A DNA stretch of 63,891 nt, the filler included, from Octopus bimaculoides (taxonomy: Eukaryota), in assembly GCF_001194135.2 (NCBI RefSeq). It is 6 parts of 5 records of this genome, joined end to end, with 100 filler letters (N's around TTAATTAATTAA, not from the genome) between each part and the next. Parts side by side here need not be neighbours in the genome. Positions count along the whole stretch, not along the records: positions 34,409 to 60,669 come from NC_069006.1; 5 more parts are not named here. The stretch is one strand, 5' to 3'. The position numbers and the translations under genes were made by a program. Below the pieces are notes generated by a model. The model did no database searches. It saw nothing but the letters and a program-made list of their open reading frames with translations, and had not been told where the DNA came from. Shown in pieces: positions 40,310 to 49,454 of the stretch; positions within the stretch are counted from its first letter, which is position 1, and each line of letters starts with the position of its first letter.

Positions 40310-41269
40310 GTAAGTATCTACATCTCTCCTATGTGAAATTATTACTACTGCCCTTGTGATTAGAACTCTCGAACCCTTGGTAATCAAAATCTGTCATAAT
40401 GGTGCATGTTACAGACGGGTATTAACTTTTATTATTGCCCAGCATCACTTGTCTCTATCGTTTTCTCTGAGTATTTAATTGAAACTGTCTCTATACAATG
40501 TACTCAGGGTGGCCAAGTACCCTGTGCCTCAAATTTGTGTGCTCAGTCCACACTGCCTTTATACAATGTACCTAGGGTGGCCAGCACCCTATCCTTTCTG
40601 TACCATCCTTGTTGGATATTCATTCTAAACTGGCTCTATACAATGTACCTGAGGGGTGGGGTAAGTAGCCTGTCCTCAGATTGACACCCAAACACTCTGA
40701 AATGTTTGTATTGGAGCTTCTGGCACAAATACCAAGCACTACAGCATGTAGTTTCCAAATTCCTGGCTAAGTGAATTGCGTCATGCTGCTGTTTTTCTCA
40801 CAGATAGTGCCCAACTGACCCTACTATACTGTGTAGTCAACAAAATCAAAAACAATGCGCATGTGTGAAATTAAAAATATAAAATGGTGACAATTTACCC
40901 AAGCTCAGTTTAAACAGTCTTTATATAAGATACCCAGAGCAGCCAGTTGTACCCTGTTCTTTCTGTGTATCTAACATTTATCCAGGTTAATCAGGATTCT
41001 ATTGCATCTGTACAAAGGCTATCTACAGCCCCGTGGACTGTACTTTCATATAGCACCTATTAACAGCCAGGTGTACTGTGCATCCACCTGTTTATAATAG
41101 CCTGGTGGATTGTAGCTTCACATGACACCTTGGTTTACAGCCAAGTGGATTGTAACTCTATTCATGGTACCTGTTTACAGCCAAGTGACCTGTGTGCTAT
41201 TTTTCTTCTTTGCGTGTTTGTTTGTTTTTGCTGGGCATCCTTGTAATTTTTGTCCCGTTGTGTGTCCAG

Positions 41270-41386
41270 GTGAGCCATTGGTATGACTTAGTTGTCTTCA
41301 CTGCTAGTATGGAGATCTATGGTGCCGCAGTAGCAGACAAATTAGACAACAATCGAGGAATTCTAAAGAAAAGGTATTACAGACAG
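41270..41386 (+). CDS. CTDNEP1: CTDNEP1/Dullard internal exon (117 nt)
   Basis: tccAG|[39 protein letters not shown]|GTATGT; FCP/SCP-type HAD phosphatase motif FTAS. Confidence 0.96.
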
Positions 41387-41449
41387 GTATGTGGTAGCTT
41401 AATTACATATTTTTCCTGTTTCGTTTTGTCACGTTGTTTGTTGCTGTTG

Positions 41450-41923
41450 TTACATTCCGAGTTCAAATCCTGCCCAGGCCAACTTGGCCTTTCATTTCTT
41501 TAGGGGTGGTGTAGATGTATGTGTGAGAGGCTGTTTGATTTGATACTAGTAATATACTGGCTCACATTTTCTTCCAAATCATTATTTAGGCATTGATAAA
41601 CTAGGTATCTGTTAATCTCACTATAATCCTTCTGCAATGTTTATTGATTTTGCAGCAGTTTTAAAAGCTGCTGCTACTACTACCAATACTACTAGTAGTA
41701 GTAGTAGTAGTAGTAGTAGGTGGCAGAAATGTTAATGCATTGTAAAACAATGCTTTGTAGTATTTCATCTGACTCTTTCCATTGAATTCAAATCCTAGGT
41801 CAAGCTTGCCTTTTGTCCTTTTGGGGTTGAGAAAATATGGGATCAACATGATCAACTTGCTCTATTATAACTGACTATCCCTCCTCCCCCCAAATTTCTG
41901 GCCATGTGCCTATAGTGGAAGGG

Positions 41924-41979
<56 letters not shown>

Positions 41980-43880
41980 GTTGGTGAGGTCGTAGACTCA
42001 TTGGCATGCTGGACAAAATACTTAGCGGCATTTCGCTTGTCTTTATGTTCTGAGTTCAAATTCTGCCGAGGTTGACTTTGCCTTTCATCCTTTTTTTTGG
42101 AGGGGGGGGGGTCAATTAAATAAGTACTAGTTGAGCACTGGGGTTGGTGTAATCAACTTATCCCCCTCTCCCAAAATTACTGGCCTTGTGCCAAAATTGA
42201 AAATCGTCATCACCATCACCATCATCATTATTATTGCTTCTGCTAAGGTCAGCTTTACCTTTCATTCTTTTGGGAGCAATAAAATAAGTACCAGTTGAAC
42301 ACTGGGGTCGATGTAATTGACTCCTCCCCTCCCACAAAGTTTCTGCCCTTGTGGCAAAATTTGAAATCATCATTATTATTATTATTATTATTATTGTTGT
42401 TGTTGTTGTTACTAAAGTGGTGAGGTGGTAAAATGTTTAGCATGCTGGATAAAATGCCAAAATTGCTTAGCAACATTCCACTCGTCTTAACATTTTGAGT
42501 TCAAATTCCAGTGACGACTTTGCCTTGCATCCTTTCAGGATTGATGAAAAATGTAGCAGTTGAGAAGTACCGATGTGAATGTATTTGACTGGCACCCGCC
42601 CACAAAATTCCAGGCCTTGTGCTTATAACAGAAAAGATTATTATTATCATTATTATTATAATTATTGGTGAGCTGGCAGAATTGTTAGCACACTGGATGA
42701 AATACTGCGTGGCATTTCGCCTGTTGCTACGTTCTGAGTTCAAATTCCACCAAGGTTGATTTTTGCCTTTCATTCTTTCAGGGTCAATAAAATAAGTTAC
42801 AGTAATTGACTCATCCTCCCCCCCCCCCCAAAAAAAAAAATTGCTGCCCTTGTGGCAGAACTTGAAGCCATTATTATTATCACTATCTCAAATTATGTTC
42901 ATGCAACCATCACAAAATAAATGCAACTTATTTTGTTCTTTTATTTTCAAAAGTTGTTTTCTTTTTCTCTCATGTTTTTCCTTCTTTAAATCCTTTCCTT
43001 CAAATGCTCATGTGTTGAAACTGACGGGAGTGGCTGTCGTTATTATTGCTAACTCTGGTTTGTCTTAGACAGTTTCTGCTGCACCATTGAGACACTCCCC
43101 CCTCCATTCTTATCTGCTGACAAAGAACTAACTTCAACACTGGCAGGATTGAGCAATGTGTGTGTGGGTGTGTTTCTATACTCTTTATATAGATATAATT
43201 GTTGTTGTTGCTTAGCTCTGATTGAAATCTGTAGTCAGAGATGTACCTGTCATGACCATCTCGTGTTTTTTTTTACATATTAGAGATTACATTGCCCGGT
43301 GTGTTCTTCATTTATTTAAGATGATTTGGCTGTTCTTTCTAGCAGGTTGAAGTACTACATAGAGGCTCCGTTACTGGATGTGGTTAAATAGCTACAGTAA
43401 AACAGATAATTTTCATCATCATTTAATATCCTCTTCTCCATGCTGGCATGGCTTCCATGGTTTAAGAAGAACCAACCAGCCAGAGGCCTGTGCCAGGCTC
43501 CTATGTCTGCTTTGGCATGGTTTCTGTAGCCTATTGCCTCTTTACAGAGTGTATTGGATGCATTTTTTGTTGGTACCAGCACTAGGGAGGTCTGATGAAA
43601 GACAAGACCCCCTCAGCTAAGTAAGGGAAAGTAATGTTGAAGGATGTCAAAGTAGATGCTAGTAGTAACCATGGCGAAGGTGGTGAGCTGGCGGAGTTGT
43701 TAGGACACTGGACAAAATGCTTAGTGGCATTTCATCCATCTTTTTTATGTTCTGAGTTCAAATTTTGCCCTGGTAGACTTCACCTTTCGTCCTTTCGAGA
43801 TCGATAAAATTATTTACCTGTTAAGCACTGCCTTTCTCCCTCCACCAAAATTGCTGGCCCTGTACCAAAATTTGAAACCA
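41450..43880 (+). mobile_element. Cluster of about 7 same-orientation SINE family B copies in the CTDNEP1 intron (other copies at 19625-19825, 24380-24510, 29190-29530, 55780-56100)
   Basis: Recurring GGTGAGCTGGCAGAA..TTCTGAGTTCAAATT..GACTTTGCCTTTCATCC..AAGTACCAGT..CACTGGGGTCGAT, separated by (TAT)n/(CAT)n/(TAG)n tails. Confidence 0.8.
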
Positions 43881-44002
43881 ATACTAATAATGATGATTGT
43901 AAGGAGAATGGTGACGGTGGTGATGATGATGAAGAAAATGGTAACAGTGATAAGAATGGCTATGATGATGATGATGATGATTGTATGTTTATTATATTCC
44001 AG

Positions 44003-44114
44003 CATTGCAGTTTTGATTTTGGGAGTTACACCAAAGATTTAGCAGCTATCAATAGTAACCTTTCCAGTATATTTATCTTGGATAATTCTCCAGTAGCGTA
44101 TAAGTCGTACCCAG
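44003..44114 (+). CDS. CTDNEP1: CTDNEP1/Dullard internal exon (112 nt, ends phase 1)
   Basis: ttccAG|[38 protein letters not shown]|GTAAGG; contains the KDL and ILDNSP motifs. Confidence 0.95.
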
Positions 44115-44685
44115 GTAAGGCACCACATTATTTCACCATTATTATGCCATATATATGCGTGTGTGTATGTGTTTTTGTCTGTCTTGACCAGGGCTTAGCA
44201 AAATGGAGGTCTAGTGTGGTTTATCCATGGGGTGGGGTTCGATAAACACCTGAAATGATTTTGAGCATAAGGACGCTGAATTATTAGCAAACTAGTTTTT
44301 TTTCCAACATGAATCAGATTGGATTTAAAAAGGTCTCTCTGAAATACAATATGTTGATGGAAAATACCTTAGCAGATGTTACACCATTGACATGCACCTA
44401 GTAAACGGGCAACATCACCTGGCTGATTGGTGAATCAATTAAAGACCAGTGCACACTTTTTATGAAGGCATCGTTATGGAGACAAAACAAAATAAATTTG
44501 GAGGAGTTTAGTAATTTAGGGCTAAAACTCACTAATTTCCACATGCAGTAACTGGAATTCACAAAACCCATATTTCACAGCAAATATATTTATTATATCA
44601 ATACAATATGAGTAAATTTTTATAGTTCTTTATCCGTTTCATTTCGTATTTTCAGTGAATTTCTTTAAATATTTCTTACTAAAAA

Positions 44686-45000
44686 GGCATGGCTGTGAGG
44701 TAAGAAGCTTGCTTTCCAACCACATGGTTCTGGGTTCAGTTTCACTGTGTGGCACCTTAGGCAAGTATCTTCTATAAGCCTGTGAGTAGATTTGGTAGAT
44801 GGAAACTGAAAGAAGCCCATTGTGCATATATGTGTGTGTGTGTGAGAGCCTTTGTGTCTGTGTTTGTCCTCCACCACTGCTTGATAACTGGTATTGGTGT
44901 GATTACATTCCTGTAACCTAGTGGTTTGGCAAAAAAGACTGATAAAATAAGTACCAGGCTTAAAAAGAACAAGTCTAATGACTGAAACATGTAAAAGATA
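44686..45000 (+). mobile_element. Representative full-length SINE family A; further copies at about 17985-18125, 23980-24135(-), 28095-28210, 30437-30803, 31372-31685, 54800-54918(-), 54966-55370, 57414-57750
   Basis: tRNA-like head, family body, internal (TG)n and 3' tail GCAGTCTAATGACTGAAACAAGTAAAAGA recur across the window. Confidence 0.8.
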
Positions 45001-45779
45001 AACAATAATGACAAAAAAACCCCACCTAAAGTGGGATTATTGTGTTTAAATCATTAAATTTTTTAAATAATTATACTTTATAATCTATTTTAAGAAATTT
45101 ACATGATGGGGATGGGTATGAAGGGTGATGAGTTAATTAATCTGTGAAAGGGTCAATGATATAAGGAGTTATCATCCAGTTCCTGGTCCAGACAGTGGAA
45201 AGCAGGCATAATGATTGTAGGATGATGTTGTGTTCTGGGATGTTGTGCACATCTTAGATGTTTGAAGGTGATTTTCCATGGCATGTAGAATGTGGGGTGT
45301 ATAATATGCTAACTGTGTGTGTGTGTGGTTGGTGTTAGGAAGGGCATCTAGTTGTAGAAACCCTGCAAAAGCAGACAGTGGGGTTTGGTGCAACCCTCTG
45401 GCTTGCCAGCTCCTGTCAAACCATCCAATCCATGTCAGCATGGAAATGGGGGTTAAATGATGACGATGGTAATGATATCGCTTCAGTATTTCTTTCTTTT
45501 GTGTTATCATCACTATTTGATATCAGGATCATGTCAAACTCCACCGTCGGTTTTGGCTTGGTTTCTACAACTGGATGCCCTTCCTAATGCCAACCATTTT
45601 ACAGTGTGCAACTAAGTGCACTCATAAAGTCACCAATTAACTGAGAAGAGAAAAGAGATAAGAGAAAAGCTCCTTCTACTGAGTGGGTGGGGCTCTATTC
45701 ATGAGAGGGGAGGTGGTTTTATGTCAGAACTGGAAATGTTTTTAAAAAATTTCTTTTTTTTTTTCCCTTCTGTTTTCAG

Positions 45780-45922
45780 ATAATGCAATCCCCATCGACT
45801 CGTGGTTTTGTGATGCCCGTGACACAGCTCTCCTGTGTCTCTTACCCATGCTGGACGCTCTCCGCTTTACCAATGATGTGCGTTCGGTCCTCAGTCGTAA
45901 CCTCCATCTTCAACGCCCATAA
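45780..45922 (+). CDS. CTDNEP1: CTDNEP1/Dullard last coding exon (143 nt, stop TAA 45920-45922)
   Basis: Strong polypyrimidine tract and cAG at 45778-45779; (D)[46 protein letters not shown]. Phase is compatible with the preceding exon. Confidence 0.95.
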
Positions 45923-46098
45923 CATCCAACGGGCAATTTGTTAGTCGATACAACACCATCACCTGTTCACTTTGCTTCCTACGGGTTCGCCTGAGGCTGA
46001 CCTCATTCTCCGGCACCACTCACAGTCTTTGTCAATGTTGTTTGTCGCTAACAGCGGCTACAGTAGGGTTTTTTTACTGTTATTGCCGCTGTTGCTGC

Positions 46099-46129
<31 letters not shown>

Positions 46130-46275
46130 AGGTGGTGGACAAACAGCTGCAGACTTTTATCACTACAATCAACCACATTTCATCAATCATGGTGTTTGCC
46201 CTACGTTCAGACGTTCAGAACAGCTGAGGACATAACCGACTGTCGGAACGTCTTGCAAATGTCCACCTAAAAGAC

Positions 46276-46313
<38 letters not shown>

Positions 46314-47237
46314 CGATGATGATGGTAATAATCTCAAGACAAACTGTCTCCCTTGTTGAGAAAGACTACCAAAATATTTTTCAAGACAAAAAGAAAAAAA
46401 CAAAACAAAACATTCATCCAAATAAAAGGGAGTGAAAAAAAAACAACAAAAAATAACAAACAAACAAACACAAACACAATTATTTAAGAAGATGAATATC
46501 TAAAAATGACAATAGAAACAAGAAACACCTGTAAAAGAAGACAGGTAAAAAATACAATTTAATGAGATAAACAGAGAATGAAATCCACTCCAAAGAAGTC
46601 CCCCCTTTTTTTTTACTACCAATTTGCTGTTTATCTCTGCAGCAAATTGCAACCCACCCCCCTTTTTCCTTTTGTTGTCACTAGAGAGTTCCACTTGCCC
46701 TGCTCCCAAATCCCCCTCCTGCAGACTTTTCACTCCCCACTCTTCAAGTCATATTGACATCTGTACATAGTTCCATGGCAAACAATAATTATAATAATAA
46801 TAATTATACTAATAATGTTGTTTCACTGAACAGAAGTGAAATGGTTTTTCTACTACATCCGGCTGTTCCTTGTGGTCGTGTGCCGTGAAAAAGAAATCAG
46901 AGACAATGTAAAACGACCACCACCCCTCTTTAAAAAAAAAAAAGAATCACAATCATTGCAGTGGGGGTGGGTTTTACCTTTCTAGCCAATCTTCATCNNN
47001 NNNNNNNNNNNNNNNNNNNNNNNNNNNNNNNNNNNNNNNNNNNNNNNNNNNNNNNNNNNNNNNNNNNNNNNAACTGGGGTTTATTTTTCTACAGAGAGAC
47101 AAATAGAAAGATGGAGTCAAGTAAACAGAAAAAGATAAATAGAGAGAAAGAGAGAGAGAAGAAGACATTTCTTTTGTTTCTCTTCGTTTTGAAATTTCAT
47201 GTTTAGCTTTTTTTCACCATTTTACCTGTAATGATTC

Positions 47238-49361
47238 TATAGGAATGTGGGTTATACATCATTAGATGTACACCTGACTTTCCTATATTAAATTAGAAAT
47301 ATGAACGGAACGCTGAACTCCAAACTATCAACACAAACAACATTTATTCAAGGTGGAAAATATACATCTTTAATCTTATTTGTTGAGACGTCTTCGGTGT
47401 GTGAGAACATGGTTTTTGGGACGTGGTATATTGATGTGAGCTGTCTAGCGTGAGTTCGAAAGATGGAGAGACAGCTAGACACGTCCTTGCTCAATCGCTG
47501 GCCAGCAAGAAAAGAGACAGAATGAAGCGGGAAAGCTTGGATGTTGAATTCCACGCATGCGTGAGACTACGCATGCGCACGGCGTTACTACAGGGCTCCC
47601 TTGCCAGTGCGGAACGCACAATAATATAATTCTGTTGGAACACCTGAGGCAGGATGGCCACTGAAAACCACCCACAAGATGTAGCACAAACACACACAAA
47701 GAAAAATGAAAGAAATGAATGTGCACTCGTGAGAATATGCATGCAATGTACAAATGAAAGAAAATGTGTGAGTGCACAAGTGTGTGTGTGAGTGAAAACA
47801 CAGAACATATTAAAAGTGTCTGTAGAGACAAAAAACTATATATCCAGTTCGTAAAAGAATTACACAAGTTGAATGTCCGTACACAGGAAGTCGTGGTCAG
47901 TTGGCAGAGCTGTAGTTGAGCATCAATGCGAGATTGCGACCTGTTACCTGGTACTAAATATCCTAGTCGGCTNNNNNNNNNNNNNNNNNNNNNNNNNNNN
48001 NNNNNNNNNNNNNNNNNNNNNNNNNNNNNNNNNNNNNNNNNNNNNNNNNNNNNNNNNNNNNNNNNNNNNNNNNNNNNNNNNNNNNNNNNNNNNNNNNNNN
48101 NNNNNNNNNNNNNNNNNNNNNNNNNNNNNNNNNNNNNNNNNNNNNNNNNNNNNNNNNNNNNNNNNNNNNNNNNNNNNNNNNNNNNNNNNNNNNNNNNNNN
48201 NNNNNNNNNNNNNNNNNNNNNNNNNNNNNNNNNNNNNNNNNNNNNNNNNNNNNNNNNNNNNNNNNNNNNNNNNNNNNNNNNNNNNNNNNNNNNNNNNNNN
48301 NNNNNNNNNNNNNNNNNNNNNNNNNNNNNNNNNNNNNNNNNNNNNNNNNNNNNNNNNNNNNNNNNNNNNNNNNNNNNNNNNNNNNNNNNNNNNNNNNNNN
48401 NNNNNNNNNNNNNNNNNNNNNNNNNNNNNNNNNNNNNNNNNNNNNNNNNNNNNNNNNNNAAATAATATATCAAAGATGATATACATGATATGTTATACTA
48501 TGATAACATATGGCCAGTAAAAGGGAGACGATAGAAGATGATAAACACAACCGTATAAAATGAATAACAAGAGATATTTAGTGTGGCATAAAAGATGTAT
48601 GTGTATGTGAGAGTGTGAATGCGACATATAAGAACATAATAAAAGACAAGCCGTCTATATGTATGTGAGATATTACAGCAGATAGAAAGTCAGTACACGT
48701 GAGAGTTTTATACCAAGTTCTTGAGTACACAATTGGAAGTATCGCAGGCTGTAATTCTTGTCTGTTTATTATCATGGTGAAGCTAAGTCACCCAACAGAA
48801 TCGAAGAGAGAGATTTGCCGCGATGGTTTAGTTTGGTGTACATAGTAAGTCGTGTTGACTATGGTTGGAGATGTCGGTGGCGTTGGTGGTCATCGTTGCT
48901 TGGTAGTTCAGTCTCCATGGCTGCATTTGTTCTTTAGTCGGGGTCACCAGTTATAGGTTGGTAGTCCAGAATCCATGGCCGCGTTTTTTCTTAGTCGGGG
49001 TCACCACTTTATAGGAAAGTGGGTTATACATCATTAGATGTACACCTGACTTTCCTATATTAAATTAGAAGTGAACGGAACGCTGAACTCCAAACTATCA
49101 ACACAAATAACATTTATTCAAGGTGGAAAATATAATCTTTAATCTTGTTTGTTGAGACGTCTTCGGTGTGTGAGAACAGGGTTGTTGGGACGTTGGTATA
49201 TTGATGTGAGCTGTCGAGCGTGAGTTCGAAAGATGGAGAGACAGCTAGACACGTCCTTGCTCAATCGCTGGCCAGCAAGAAAGAGACAGAATAAAGCGGG
49301 AAAGCTTGGATGTTGAATTCCACGCATGCATGAGACTACGCATGCGCACGGCGTTACTACA
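47238..49361 (-). mobile_element. Non-autonomous LTR retroelement (Gypsy, probably CsRn1/Kabuki/Boudicca-like): LTRs 47238-47592 and 49010-49361, tRNA-Trp PBS, 4-bp TSD ATTC
   Basis: Two ~355-bp direct repeats with roughly 9 substitutions and 4 indels by eye; minus-strand termini TGTAG...CTATA. PBS TGGTGACCCCGAC at 48994-49006, 3 nt from the 5' LTR. Purine-rich GGCAAGGGAGCCC abuts the 3' LTR. ATTC at 47234-47237 and 49362-49365. No recognisable ORF in the visible interior. Confidence 0.88.
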
Positions 49362-49454
49362 ATTCCATTCTTTTCTTGAGTTCTTGCTCCAAACCCACTC
49401 TCACCAAATAATTACTGAATATTATTTTTTGTTCTTCAGATACTAGCTTCTGTT

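Larger units (their letters stand above)
38335..41035 (+). repeat. Locus-specific degenerate repeat blocks (about 38335-39170 and 40480-41035) flanking the 72-nt CTDNEP1 exon
   Basis: Repeated TCTAAAC..TATACAATGTACC.AGGGTGGCCAGTACCCTGTTCTTTCT units; both blocks end in ..ATTCTATTGC.TCTGTACA..GGCTAT.TACAGCC. Confidence 0.7.

Noticed and set aside
44686-44770. tRNA-like A/B boxes here and in other SINE heads
   Set aside because: No cloverleaf, and they continue into a shared SINE body present in many copies.
48994-49006. tRNA-Trp 3' end with CCA as a possible tRNA gene
   Set aside because: Only 13 nt match and it abuts an LTR, so it is a primer-binding site.
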